A stretch of DNA of 61,522 nucleotides, filler included, from Choristocarpus tenellus KU-1152 (taxonomy: Eukaryota > Protista > Phaeophyceae): the NCBI GenBank assembly GCA_964200185.2. It is 11 parts of 11 records of this genome, joined end to end, with 100 filler letters (N's around TTAATTAATTAA, not from the genome) between each part and the next. Parts side by side here need not be neighbours in the genome. Positions count along the whole stretch, not along the records: positions 12,949 to 25,241 come from CAXNAD020001887.1; positions 25,342 to 28,967 come from CAXNAD020018880.1; 9 more parts are not named here. One strand, written 5' to 3'. Of the stretch, positions 14,361 through 28,500 are shown piece by piece (the stretch's first letter is position 1; each line of letters opens with the position of its first letter). A model generated the notes under the pieces. The model saw only the letters and a list, made by a program, of their open reading frames with translations, made no database searches and was not told the origin of the DNA. The translations under genes were made by a program, and so were the position numbers.

Positions 14361-15879
14361 TATATATATGTGGAAAAGCAGGGGTTGTCTCCTTTTATCG
14401 TACCATTATTGCCGTCTATCATATGCCCTTACACCGATTGAGGTACCTTGTCAACAATCCTGGATTCCAGTGGAGAAGTTTGCTAGATTGAGTCGTGGGA
14501 TCTTTTCAAGAGACCAATCTGACAAGTAGTGAATTTTCTCTTCAATCAGACATGTTAAACATCAAAACAATTCTCTTTGTTGCCATGTCTTGACATTCTG
14601 GTGATCCCCCTCTAATGAGGTTCTCGCCACTGAACCAAAGTAATCGAGAGGTATCCATGTTTTCATCGTTTTGCATTTGGAGCTTATTTTTTAATCTATT
14701 GCAATTCACGCCTATTTTTATTATGGATGTTTTAAATTTTGACTTGAGAGGGTACTATTTCTCTATTGTTAGAAACTTTTCCAACACAAGCAGAAAGTAT
14801 CCTCCACACATAAACTAAAAAAAATGATTTTGCACGTATTTGTCTGCAACCTTAAGGGTACCTCAAGTTTGATTTGACTCAGTTTGGAATTCTCTGCAGT
14901 TCTCTGCAGTTTTCGCACTTGCTCAACCTTAACCTCATCCTCTCGGTTACGATTCGTCTAGGTCCATCTGGTCCGTCTTACCTCGTGATTCTCTTTGCTA
15001 CCCTTGCCCGAGTGAACCACACTGGCACAGAATAATACGATTCACATACAGTGCCCGTAATACTGCAGTCCAAACATATGTAACACTCTGAAATGCTCGA
15101 AACAGTACAAAACAAAAGACATCACGTACACAACATTTTTTTGGCGGGACGCTAGGCAAAGTATTCAAGATAGTGTTACAAAGCGAAATGTTGTCCAAGA
15201 TGTGCAGCACTTGTGTGTTGCTTGTGTGACTATCTGTATCGATGTGTGTCCGACATGTCTCCATCCTGAAGTCTCTTTACACAGCCTGAACGCAGCAGGC
15301 AGGATCCACCTCGTGACACAGTGTGGTGTTGGAAGGATGCAGTTACCATGATGATCCACACAAGAGTATCTGCGTGCCTTGTGGCTCTTGCACATTTTAA
15401 ACTGATCCCGACAATAGCCTACTAATTATGTTGAGCACTATTTGTCTATAGATCTAGATGAGAAAGGTGAAGGTTTTGCTGCTAGAGCTCTGGAGCATGG
15501 AACATGTCGTAACCAAGAGTGAAGATTACTCTCTCGATGACCCATATCTTGTTCAAACGTGAGTGCTTCTTTGCAGGGAGGAGGGGTTTGTCGGGGGGCA
15601 GCAGGCAGGGAATATGATAAACTTTTTTTTTTCCCCATCCTTGATGCAAGTTATGAAGCTCTCGAAGTCACCAACCTAGGGCGTGAAATATGGGCTGATA
15701 GACACAGGCTATTACTCTCGCAGTTGTTACACACCAAAACTATTGTCTTGAATTCACCCTGATCATATCGTATTCGCCAGACACAGACACCACCAGTACT
15801 TGATTCAGTGACGCATCAGATAGTAGATATATCGACGTTGTGGTCTTAGATCACCCTAATCGTGTGGGATACACCAGAC

Positions 15880-16133
15880 AAAAAGCCGACCCGATTGAGA
15901 GGTAAGCAGGGTTGCATTTTAAGGATCTGGAGAAAGGGTGAAGAGGTGCCATGCTATTATAATTTCGGAAAAAGCCGTTTCTGAATTGTGGTATCATTTT
16001 ATGTGCAGAAAGGGGGAATATAAACTTTGCGTACACTATTATGCACATAAAGCAGTGAAATAGCGTGTAACTGCACGGGGTAAGAGAGATGCCTTAGAAG
16101 TCGACAGGGTCCAAACCTGCCCACCTCTCAATT
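15880..16133 (+). repeat. Dispersed repeat family C copy 2 (approximate bounds)
   Basis: Colinear homology to 7800-8064 on another contig. Confidence 0.7.
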
Positions 16134-17829
16134 GGTTTGGCTCATGGACATTAGGATAAATTAGGTAGTGTAGCGGATATTTACATCCACACTGTTGCCT
16201 CGAATCGCCTAACCCATGTCTGATTGACTAGACGACACAGACAACAGTATTGAAGTAGATGAAAAACAGCAGATAGATACGTGCGCACAAATACGTACAG
16301 TACTAGTTGTGTTCGTTTTATTCGTGTATTGCTTCTTTATTCTGTTTGATTATATTCAGACATGTTGTGGATATCGTGATGGGGGGGACAAGAAAAAACA
16401 CGAAGAAAACAACAGACAAGACAACGACAGAGTGTGTAGTTCTTTTACAAGGAAGTCTTTTGGGCATACACCAGCAAGAGTCGTAGTGTATTTAAAAACT
16501 CGAGTAATATGAAACTTACTGTTACAACTATACCCGAAACCAATTATAAACTGGCACTATGTGAAGGAGGTATAGAAACAAGGAAAGAGTCCTATGAGTC
16601 AAATAAACCTGCTGTCTAGCCCAAGAACGACACTCTTGGAGATTGCTATTTGCGCAGGGACTAATAAAATCTGCCACAAACGTGCCTTCGATGCTTCCTT
16701 CCTACAGAAACCCTCAGCCCCCCTACAACTTGCTACACGAGTTTTAGATAATTCAGGAATTGCGCTGACTCTTTTCCCTTCGATGACAACAATCACAAGG
16801 AACTGCAAAATGTCAAGGGTTATAAAAATCCAGTAAATGAATATACATACACACCTATACGTATTGTTTGTGCGCATCACGTCCTGCTTTGATCCGAAAT
16901 TGAAAATAAAAACTAAACTAAATTCACTGTTGTTATAGACCGTGACTCAACCAGTTGTTTTGAAATACAGTTTCCACACAAAGCTATCTTCATATATTGT
17001 TGCCTTCGCTTTGTCTACTATTTTAACCCCTTGTCAGAGTAACTTTACACTCCACTGTTTTTCATACTACCACATCTTGGTGTTGCATTACAACTACCTT
17101 TTGTGCTGTCTCCCCTCTCGTGCTTTGCTATTCGCACTTTGGGTTTAGCCATCCCACTGCTCGTTTACTCCACCTCCTCTGTCGAATCTTGTTCTGGACC
17201 CACCGTGACGTGTGTAGGCAGTGAAGGCTTTCCACCTCATTCTTGTTCCGGTGTTTTTGTGTTGTAGTGACAAAAAAGGATAGTATAGTGGATAGTATAG
17301 TGGTGAACAGGTCCGTGGTGGACCTTAGTTAATCAAAACCAGACTTAAATAAAAAGGGGTCTGATATAGATGGGGCGAATACATTATAGGGCCAGCCTCA
17401 ATGACCACCAATCGGCCACGAGAACGGTCATACGTCATCAAAAATAAATATAACTGTTTATCTAATTCAAAACAACGATATTATACCAACCCTCCAAATT
17501 TCAATTTACCTCATCACCCCTTCACTCCATGCACATGTTTTGCTTCTTGAACACTCTATGTATTTAAGACCACAAATCAGATACTCTTATGGAAGGTGAA
17601 GTTATATGGCAAGAAGGGTTGAGGTAAAACTGAAGTTCCATGGAATCCCATGGGGCAGTGATTATTGAATGCCAAGATGTGTTTTGAACGTACCTCAGGA
17701 CAGATTAACATGTTTTGAAATTGTTAGTTTGGGACTACATATTTAAGAATTGGTATCACCTTGTTCCCTGATGAGAGAAATGTAGCCAGAAAAAATGTGA
17801 ACCTACAATGCCAAACAGAGCAAAAACAA

Positions 17830-18014
17830 GGGCTCAAAGTATCTGGGGGAGGGAGGGGGGGGGTCTACACCAGGGCGTCCATTCGGGCCCTGACCAGGAA
17901 AAGTGCAATTATATTATCCATCCGACACATGCAGTCAAATCACACAAAAATCACGACAGATAAAAATGGGCCCCGAATGGACAGCCGCCTTCCCGCCCCA
18001 GATACTTTGAGTCC
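17830..18014 (+). mobile_element. MITE family B, full copy (~185 bp)
   Basis: TIR GGGCTCAAAGTATCTGGGG / CCCCAGATACTTTGAGTCC; interior homologous to 46992-47138. Confidence 0.82.
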
Positions 18015-18129
18015 GAGAGACTATTGTGTTTCTATAATACAGGGTGACACTCGACAGAAAAATATAAAAAGACAAAGATAGAACTCCTTTTTGTGGACTT
18101 CCATATTGTTACGGTCTCATTTCAATCCT

Positions 18130-18392
18130 GAGTGAAAGTATCTTAGAGGGTACGAGTTTTGCCCCGCTTGTCCCTTTGGGGCCTGGTTTCCCACAGCTTT
18201 TTTTAATGACATTTTCCTATTAATCCGAAATGTTTCGGAGTAGGTAAAATGTATGCATTATGAAAAGGTGTTTCCGGAACAAGGATATTGACACCTGCTA
18301 ACAAACGTGATAGCCAATATTACATCAAAATCGCAAAATTGGATTTTGGTCCACAAATGGATGCGGCTCTACCTTCTAAGATATTTTGACTC
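18130..18392 (+). mobile_element. MITE family A copy 1
   Basis: TIR GAGTGAAAGTATCTTAGAGGGTA ... TACCTTCTAAGATATTTTGACTC; TSD TCCT. Confidence 0.9.
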
Positions 18393-20034
18393 TCCTCAGG
18401 TAGTATACTTGAGTCAGACCAGAGCAAATATTAAGGAGTCCTAATCTTCTAGTCCTTCCTTCTCACGGAAACAATGCGAATGGAGTGAGGGGTTGAGGCA
18501 GGTTGGAAGTCAAGGATCGGCACTGCATTTGATTCCAGTGTTAAATTCAGAAAGTGCGGGCTTGACCAACACACAGAATCGACATACACCCGGCGCGGAG
18601 GAATTTTTTCGACCATAGTGAAAGAGGACATTTACACTCCGTATGTTGCCAGGGGAAGGTGAGTCCGTCAGCCTAGGCAGAGGTTTTGACTGTACCCGAG
18701 AAACCGTGTTCAGCCAAAGAAGCAGTGGACACCGGAGATTGGATATTTTTGGATGCTATGGTTGATGATGATCAGGTGGAAGCATTTGATTTTAGATATG
18801 GCGCTTTGACCCTGGGGCATCCATGAGTGTGACAAATGACGCAACTCATATGTATAACTTCGATCCCAGTAGTGGCGTTTTAGCCCCAACAATCGCGTGA
18901 AACACACCCTGACGGGTTGGCTTAGTTATGTATCTTGGAGAATTCACAAGTTGATGGGCAGATATCAAGAAGAGTAGGTATCAGCAAGCAGTCACAAGTA
19001 TGTTTCACAGTCTGGGGTTATATCGGACTAGTGATTCAGTACATGGAGGTGTGCTGATGGCCATCAACGTGTTTCGAAATATCTGACAGTATAATAAAGA
19101 TGGGCTTATGACATCTGAAATCTCTTAGCTACGGGCCGTCATCAGTTCTACTTACATTGTTGACAGTAGGCATGAATCAGCCCATGTACATGTGACACGT
19201 CTATACTCACAGGAGGAAAGGGAATGAAGAGAGACAAGGCAGGAGGGTGAGAAATCCCTCTGAAGGTCACTCAGGGAAGAGTGAATGAGGGGGGGTTGTA
19301 AGGTCCACTCAAACCACACGACATTTAATTCAACAAGTAAATGCAGATGCTATATGAGAAGTATATCTTCTCGAGAAAGGTCACCTTAAAGGTATACCTT
19401 AGTTACAAGATGACTATCGCACATGCACACATTTTGGTTACCTATGAAAAAGGACAAAAAATACAACAATCGGCCTACAGTTCACCCAAAACATACAATA
19501 ACGAAACCACACTAGCACACTACTAAACAATACAAAACATTCCGTGATTGTTCCATAACAGTAATGGTAGATGCACTATGGTAGTTAAGAGCTACTCAGA
19601 GTCGTCATTTAAGGACGGTGACAAATATATCCAAAATTCTTTTCTTTTACCACTGTGTACAGGATATTTTTTGTATTGTGTCGAAAACGTTCCAAACAAA
19701 AAAGAAATAAATGCTTTCAAGTCAAACTTAAAACTTCATCCATATTTCTATGGATGAATTGCAAAAGATTGAAAACAGACTTAAGATGCAAATCGGCAAA
19801 AACTTTGATACCTCTCGTTCATGTTGGCTCGGTTGGTATTGCCACTCGTCATTGGTTTGAAGGGTAGGACATGCTTGATGTAGGCCAAGGAGGACACATT
19901 TGAAGTGACACTGAAATATCTAAACACAGGCACGTGCATATTTTCCCATCAGACCTCCTGTAGGGCACGTAGGGTTGTGCATAATTTCCAGAACCACATT
20001 ATTTCTCGTAGAAGAGTGTTTTCTCCTGTTCCAG

Positions 20035-20255
20035 GCAATTCCAAGCTCCTTTGTGACAACTGTAAGAAGCGCTTTGGGAGCTTGTGCCACCAAATAAATT
20101 TGATGTATTCATAGTTACCGCAATCCGTGAAACGGAAAGTAATGGAGCAAGACGATATCCCAGTGGAGATCCTGAAACCTGGGGTCAGCGAGGATAAGGT
20201 CATCCTACTACAGAAGATTATGTTGGCTGTTTGGCACCAGGAAGATGTGCTGCAG
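20035..20255 (+). pseudogene. Exon-like segment of unknown gene with an in-frame TAG
   Basis: Pyrimidine tract plus CAG acceptor and CAG/GT donor flank NSKLLCDNCKKRFGSLCHQINLMYS*LPQSVKRKVMEQDDIPVEILKPGVSEDKVILLQKIMLAVWHQEDVLQ. Confidence 0.35.
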
Positions 20256-21368
20256 GTTGGAGTGTGTGTGAGAGTGTGGTCTTAAAGAGAGGTATAGATT
20301 CACTACAAGTAGAAGCATAGCAAAAATTCCCTTTGCCATTCCCACGAGTAAGCCAAAGTAAATGAGAGGTACCCAGGTTTTGGCCGTTTTACATTTAAAG
20401 CCAGTTTTATTTTTTTTTCCAATTCACCCATATTTCTACGGGTGACTTGCTAAGTTTGACTGGAAACTATTGATTGATCTGTTGTTTGAATATTCTCTCC
20501 AGAATTCAGAAACGTTCTTACATACATTTCCAGAAAAAGCATAATTTTGCATGCATTTATTTGTCAACATCCTTAAAAATGCAATTCTGGTTACCTCTCG
20601 TTTACTTTGGCCCAGTGTTAATGCAATAGGGAGCGCCATGCAGCAAGTGGATCATTAGTCGTGGAGTTTAGTACCATTGAGGTGGAGGTTGACCAACTTG
20701 TCATTCAGGGGCACCTCAACATTCCTTGATGAGTCCTTGCTCTCTCACTAGTCTGCTAGAGATTTGTCACGGATGTGTAGGGAGGCCCTCTGTTTCGTCC
20801 TTTCTGCATCGAATCCTTTCACATACAACATGCTGGTAGAAATCCGCAGTTTTGACTGCTGCTAACACTTTCCCATATATTTGTGGAAACCCTTGCACAC
20901 ATTTAATATATTACGTTGAACTTTTGTTTGTGTGATGCAATCCACTCCGCCAAGCCAAACATCCACAAGGATTGACGCCAAGGCGACGAACGGTGAACCT
21001 GGAAACTTTATGTTTGTAAGTTTCAGAGTCACTACTATATGATGGTTGTCACCATGTATCGGTATTCAAGAATCCCAATATAATCACGATAAATACAACT
21101 ACGATATATCGAAACAAGACTCAAGGACAGTAAAGAAGGTAAACCTAAGTTGTGGGTGTTGAATGGTTGAAGTACCTGTAAAATAGTAGTAACTCCTCAA
21201 CCAAAACGCTGAAACCGTCAATTTGAGGCAATCCATTGGTCCGGAGCAATCGCTACAATTTATTCACCCGACAACACGTTGTTGATGCTAAGACCACTCA
21301 CTCACTTGGAGAGGACAGTAGTATTCAAACAAGAAAGGATATTGCCCATAACACAAACTTACGCTGCC

Positions 21369-24300
21369 ATGAAGCTCCAGCCTATGACAATCGAGTCAGA
21401 TGAAGAGGTTGAGGAAGAGAAAGATATCGACGGAGATAGCGATGAAGACCTAGATGCACCTGCAAGTGGCTTGCCCACTATCGAGAAAGGCGCATTGAAG
21501 GGCAAGGATGCTATTAAGACCAGCAAAAAGAGAACAAGAAAAAAGATCCTTGCCGGATCTAAGCATAGACTGGAAGGATCCTTAGATCCGTCTTTCTCTT
21601 TCGATGTGGATGCCTCGTTGGGATCGGAGGAAGTACAAGGAAGACGTGGATGGGACTTTAAAGGTGAGACAAGGCTTCAGCATCGTTTCTCCACAGAACC
21701 CGCTAGACTTCTTATGCGAAGGGACCCTCAATTTCCTCATATTGGAAGCCTACATTGCCCCCTTAGAATCCCATTGCTCAAAGTCGTCTCCTTGTTCATG
21801 ATGGTGATTGTAGTGGTACACTGTTAACCCTGCACCCCACCACACTGTCATGCGACCCCACAGGCGCCATAGCGAAACTCGCAAAGGAGGACCCCCGTCG
21901 TGCAAGGACAAGCCAAGCCCTCGAGGATAAGATAGAAGCCAAGCGGGTAGAGCTTCGAAAGGAGAAAAAAGCGAGCAAGACGAAGACAACGACTGTCAAG
22001 GTATTGCTATGCAAAGTGTAGTCCCAAATTTTCATTGGAGTCACAGTTGTAAGGGTGAGGAAGAGGATTGGCTATGTGGAGTACGCTTTTCGTCCCAGTT
22101 GCAGACATTAAGAACGCTGAAATTACAGCAATTTCGTAATCTGTTGCCCTGAGACAGTCCAGGGTACCTTGCTTGCGAGATGAGTGCCATTGAGCTGAGC
22201 AGTCTTTCCTCCCAGCGAGTGACGCTTCAAATCTTAGCACGACCTTTTGTCTCACCTGTCCATGCGGAATGGTATCTCTCAAACGTTGATTTAAATGTTG
22301 AAGACGAAGAGAAATGGAGAGCTTGGTCCAGAAGAGACCGTAGTACTTGTATTCCGTTGAAGAAAACAGGGCCCCAACCATCCCTTATCGCCATTTGTCA
22401 AGCTCGTTATTTCCTTTTTGTATTCTGCAGGAACACCTTTGCTGCGCGTAATGACACAACAGCCCACTATTAATAGTGCAACCATTAGAACAGAGTACAG
22501 ATTTGGTTTAGGTTTAGGGTTTTTGGTGTGAGTGCAGGGGTCTACCAGAGTTTCTGTCTTCCACCGCACCCTCAAGATCCAACAGTTGTGTGCACCTTAG
22601 TGTGAAATAAATGAATAACTGTGTGTGTTGAGCTGCATCATATGATATACCTCACCACAATTGAAAGCAATTCAGTGCAGAACACCTTCACATCCTAGTG
22701 GAGTGGTGCAGTACACAGCAGCAAAACACGTAAATGTGTTTCTTTTTCTTTTCTACACTTGGATGCTGGTGAGGCTTGGGATCACTCCATCTCTCACTGT
22801 TACGTCGTCAATGCTTGAGCTTCCATTGGAGAGCGAATATATCATGGTAACATACTTCTAACCTCTCTTTTTACTGTTTGCCTCCCCCACTACAATGCAA
22901 TATCTGTGGTGATGTTGTTCGCCGGTTGATCGTGCTGTTGAACTCTACTCTCGCCCGTAACGTGTTGGCTGTGCTGCAACAAACTCTTATTGCAATTATT
23001 TGCCGAGGGATGTAGGTTGCTTTGACAGAAGCACTTGGAAAGGGTGGACCGGATGGCAGTGAGGAGGAGGATGGGGATGAGGATGAGGAGGAGGGTGAGG
23101 GGGAAGAGCAAGAGCAGGAAGATGAGCAGGAAGATGAGCAGGAAGGCGATGATAGTGGTGGGATGGTTGATGGCAGTACTTCTAGTGGTGATGAGCAGGA
23201 GGAAGCTGTCGATTTGGAGGAAGATAACCTTAGAGATCTTCAAACAGCTGGTCGCGCAAAGGTGAATTGAAGTAGGCAAGCACTCTCTGATACTCATCCT
23301 TGGAAGAACTCGTAGTTAAGGAACAAACCAAGTTCCTTGAAGTGTCTGTATATAGGGGAGGGGGGGGTTGTAGCATGTAGATGGTAGGAGGTTAAATATG
23401 TACTGCATGGTGTGTGTTGCCTCCCTCCAGTGATTGCGCCAAGGCTGTTGCTATCCTTGGTGCCTTTTTGATGGGTTTTGTACTTGCGACAGGATTCTTG
23501 CCTGCTGAACAATATGTGGAAACGCCTCCCTGATGTGTAGGATGTACATTGAATTTGAAGATGGGTGAGATTGTGAAGGGATTGGCAGAGGAGGAACACT
23601 ACCCAGCGGTAGGTTGGAGTAAATAATTAAATAATTTTATCTGCTCAAGATATTCCCGGTCGGGAAAGGGGTAGTTGAGGAATAGCCCTAACAGTGGATA
23701 ATAGTGAGGGCCTTTTTACACGATAGGATTATTTTAAAATGTTGTGAACAGTATTGCTGATTAAAGTGTGTGACTGGTGTGAAGTATGAGAACGATTGGG
23801 ATGGTAGAGTGATCTCTCCTGCTGTGTGGTGGTACGTAGGGGTGCTTTGGCAACACTTCAAGATAACTTTCGAGGTGGATGTCCAGATCTTTCAAGCTTA
23901 CTTCTTTTTCAAGATCGCCCGTCAGAGCTCTGTAGTCCAGATATGGTGAACCTCGAGGTTTTGGTTGAATGAAGATAACGTACTACTTGTGGAAGATAAC
24001 GTACTACTTGTGGTAGAAACTGGTCGCATGTTGAAAATCTCTGGGCCTTACACTGAACCGAACAAGCAGTTGACCGTACTGGCATTGATGGTCAATAGGG
24101 TCAAACGCTGTCATTATGTATCTCTATTTTTTTTTGTTTGGAGTTTGGATGTACAAAGACACACAAAGTGTATACGGTATATATACATGGGCACAAATAA
24201 GGTGAACTGTTAGTATGTACTGCTAATATGTAGTACTTGAAAAAAGTGTTCCTGTTCATAATATCGAATGGTGCACATGTGAACTATATCTTGATTGGCT

Positions 24301-25241
24301 CAACCCGCAAGCCAGTCCCACGAAAGACTTGAAAGTCCCTGACCCGGCCCTATTCAAAATTGCAGTTACCTATATATATATATTTCTCTTTGCAAGGAAC
24401 TCGGGTCGGCTAATGTAGCATGATGGGATTTGCTATTGTAGACAAAGATGGGAGGTGGGAGTTGCAGCTTAGTGGGTGGTTGAGTGGGTGGTGTGGTACA
24501 TGTTGGTCAGCCTGCTGAGGGTGGGTGGGTAGAATATAATATAGTGATACGTATGTTCATTCAGATGCACAAGAAATCGTGGAGAGGGGGAATCTGTGAC
24601 TTGCCTGCAGGTCAGAAGGTTGTGCTCTCGACTGCTTTTCCTGTGTCATCTTGTTGGGGCGACTGGGGATTGATTTTGCAGTCCTTTTTTTTGTTGTTGT
24701 AACAATTGTGGATACAATTCTTGAGACAAGTTACCACACACACATACGCACACATGTACAGATATTTAACTTCCTCCTGACACCCCGTAGTTTTTATTCT
24801 ACATTTCCCACACTCGGTAGTAGTACGATACACTGGATGTATTTCTCGCAACGATAGGGTATTTCTATATTTAAATTAAACACTTTTTTTTCTTCTGTAT
24901 TGTTTTTTTTGTTTTGTTTTTGTTCGCCCTCTTTTAGCGTCAGCAACAAATTGCTGCGGCAGAAAAGAATAAAAAGAAGGGAAAGGAGGGGAGTAGTGCA
25001 AGTACAGGTAATGGTAAGGACATCGACGTAAGAACATGGCAAGAGGAGGAGGAGGAGGAGGAGGAGGAGGAGGAGGAGGTGGACACGGGGATGGATGTGG
25101 ATGTAGAAGAAAGTGATGGGCAAGGTAAGCAGGCGTTGAAAGAGGAAGAGGAGTTCGTTGATGAGGAGGAGGAGGAGGAAGCGCGAAAGGCAGCCGAGTT
25201 TTTTGAGGAGGCGTTGGCCTTGGAGGGGGTGGGAGGGGGAG
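21369..25241 (+). CDS. DDX27: DDX27/DRS1-like DEAD-box RNA helicase, acidic N-terminal region only; exons 21369-21663, 21864-22000, 23016-23261, 24938-25241 (cut by contig end)
   Basis: Four phase-consistent exons starting at ATG. MTIESDEE, LDPSFSFD, GWDF, LEDKIEAKR and EEEARKAAEFF follow the order seen in DRS1/DDX27 N-termini just before the Q motif. The helicase core is not in the window. Confidence 0.7.
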
Positions 25242-25341
25242 NNNNNNNNNNNNNNNNNNNNNNNNNNNNNNNNNNNNNNNNNNNNTTAATTAATTAANNN
25301 NNNNNNNNNNNNNNNNNNNNNNNNNNNNNNNNNNNNNNNNN

Positions 25342-25542
25342 AGTGACGAAGGGCATTCGCACTGGTTGGTCATCAAATGGGGATGGCTGGCAACCAGTGA
25401 CGACGGGCATTCGCACTGGTTGTTCATCAAATGGGGATGTCTAGCGACAAGTGACGAAGGGCATTCGCACTGGTTGGTCATCAAATGGGGATGGCTGGCA
25501 ACCAGTGACCAAGGACATTCGCACTGGATGGTCATCCAATGG
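25342..25542. repeat. 54-bp minisatellite, about 3.7 copies, running into the contig edge
   Basis: Unit AGTGACGAAGGGCATTCGCACTGGTTGGTCATCAAATGGGGATGGCTGGCAACC. Confidence 0.9.
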
Positions 25543-28500
25543 GAAATGGAGGATAGAGGAATAAGAAAATGGGAATGTGCAAAATAATAAGAATAATCCA
25601 GAATTCGTGAGCAAAACAAAGTATACGAATTGTGTTCTCAGAACGGTTGGGACAAGGGTGGACTACAGGTTGCGGGAAATTAATCATACTTTCAATAACT
25701 CGCATTGTGTCTCTCATTTATAGTTATTTTGATTTTTTGTACTTTGTTTATGCGTAAAAATAAAAACAATAGAAAATTATTCAATCTAAGAACACTCCTG
25801 AACAAGCAACAGTTCTAGAAAATACGAAGATATTGTCTATAGGTCAGGTATAGCATTATGCAATGATCATAGACCATCGTGAGAATGTTTTAGAGCTTCT
25901 CGCGCGAGTATTCTAAATCTAGAAACAGACGAAGTCCACTCTAACTCTATACCATCATTTACGCAATAGGGTGAAAAGGATATCGATGAGGGAATCCAAT
26001 CACGGTCCGACTGCACCTTTGCCCGACTCAGTGAGCGTTTCTAAGAGTGGAAATGAGGTGAAATTCCACCAACAACCCCCTTCCAGAAGTGGCCGAGATT
26101 ACCATGATCAACCCGCCACTCTCCTTTCTGGTAAAGAATGTGAGAGGCTGAAGCACGATACTTTCGTCCTTTGCGAAAAATCCCATTTCAAACTAGGCTA
26201 TAGAGGCTCTCTCATCTCTATCTAGTGCGTCATAAGGAGCACCGATATTATGTCTTTTCTCTGCTTTGGGTGTCGAAAGTATGCAGGAAGCAAACAAGAA
26301 CGAAAAGTTATGGTAACCAAATTTGGGGCTAGCACCATCACTTCTTACTGGACAGTCTCCATATTAGCGATAGCAAGCTAGACTCTCTGGTCCCTTCGCT
26401 TATGGTTTGATAAAAAATGGGCTAGGTACAAGACGTAATATGCAGTCCCCGATACTATAGAAATACTTGTTTGGTGTTCAGCGATGATGGGAATGAGATA
26501 GTATATGTTCGGGCAAGGGTCTTGAGCACAGAGTGAGCCCCTGATTTTGCTGCGCTGTTGGATAGTAGAAGCAGGAAAATAGGGATGGATGAATAGTAAG
26601 TTGGCTGTTTTTCTGTTCAAAGATGAAGGATTTATCTATTTGTGTGTTTTGGGGGCAAGAATCAGGTAGAATTCGAGATCGACTTTAAATGATTTGATTT
26701 CCATAACCACATGTCACAGGGCAACCGTAGGTTGGTGTGTCTGCAATACAATATGGATGGGAGATTTTGAACCCGTGGAAGCAAGGAAGGATAGCGCTCG
26801 AGGAGGCTATCACATTTAATCATTGACTCTTAACATTGGAGGTTTTCGTTTCCATTTTTAGCCCTCTTACTGAACGAACATCTCAAGGACTTCAACTCCC
26901 TATGCTGTTAATACCCAACTGTGACCCCTACCTAAAAATCTGGCTGAAATATCATTAATTTCTCAGCTTTCTTCTGTTTTCGCCCCCCTCAATCCATGCC
27001 TCTGCCGGAACTTTTTTTTTTTGCCTCTCCCCCTTGTCACTCTCTGTATGTGATGTAACACGATCGCGTTTGCCTGGCAAAGATGACAGGGGTAGTATGG
27101 ATTCTGGATATATTTTGGATGCTTCGGCCCCAAATAACCCTCCTAGGGGCATCAATTTCTCTCAAAGGAAATTCTCCGGTAGGTGCAAGTAACAGAGGAA
27201 AGGAGGAGATTTTATTTGCAGATTTCCTTCATTTGCCACCGAGTTGATGGTTAGCGGGGTTGACTGCAATTATTGCTCAATACTCCAAAATATAGAACAT
27301 CATGCTGGAGTATGTGATGAAGTTGCGAGTGTACCTTCTTGCACTGTAGTACATAATATGGAGTGTGAATGGGTATCTTGAGCGTGCCTAGCACACCAGG
27401 TTGTGCCACAAGTGGTGTTTCTGATCCATCTTACGCTTTTTTTAATCTAGACCTTTCATTTTTTTTTGTATTAGCGCAGGTTATTGTTAACCCAGTCATG
27501 TTCCATGGAATATGCCTCTGTATCCACCCCCCCTCTGCAGGCACCAAAGTATGTAATACAAAGTTAGGAGCAAACTTGAAAACCCTCTTTGTTGATAAAA
27601 TCTCTTGCATGGAACTTGAGTACCTCTTGGGCTTGGTGGTAAGACTCATACTTTTTGATAGCTCTAGTTAATAACATACTCTAGTTAACAACATACTCTA
27701 GTTAACAATATACTCTAGGGTTAGGGTTAACAACATACATAACCTCCTTCCTTAAACCCCTATCTCACATTCACCATCCCCCTTAACCATCTTTTGACCC
27801 TTTTTCCCAACTCTGACCTTGTCCCTGACCCTAGAACCTCGTTTTTATTCTCCGTAACCCTCATCTTTAATCTCTCATGGTATGGTATGTCCACCCTTAA
27901 TGCCCTCAAAACCCTTGTGCCTTATTCCAATCCATATACCAAAGATTGAAGACACGACCTTCCCCCAATTCATGGTCGTGATCTGGACTCCCTCACCCCA
28001 TCTCTAGTATTGAGTCCAGCAAGACAGTACATGTTGTTCTCAGGTATAATCTCTGGTATGTAAAAATTTTATTCCAACCGTTTTCGCTGTTACCTCCGTC
28101 ACAATCTTCAATCAATTTTGAAAGCCATGGCGTCCTATGTCCACCTGTAAGGAACCAATGGTCCTCACTCATACAACCATTGCACTTTTCTCCTAACATC
28201 TCGTGTGTGTGGTCAGGGCACATTGCAGGGTCAATGCCTCCCCCCCTCCTCACACCCCCCCCATATCAAACATGTATGGATGCAAGGGGCGTAACAATGA
28301 CTTGTTGCCAGAATATACACCCCCGCACCTTTTCTCGTTTTTTTTTTACGAACACACATGTATGTATTGCAGTGGCACCACTCACAGAATGTGGTTAGTC
28401 CTCTTAAGATTATTATTATTTTTTCCGTGCTACACCAATTATTATCGGTGCAGATTTCGTCAAGGAGGGCATATTTCTTCTAGTCCGAATCTTGTCTCAA

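Noticed and set aside
25342-25542. CRISPR array
   Set aside because: The units are contiguous near-identical repeats without unique spacers, the context is eukaryotic, and no cas genes are present.
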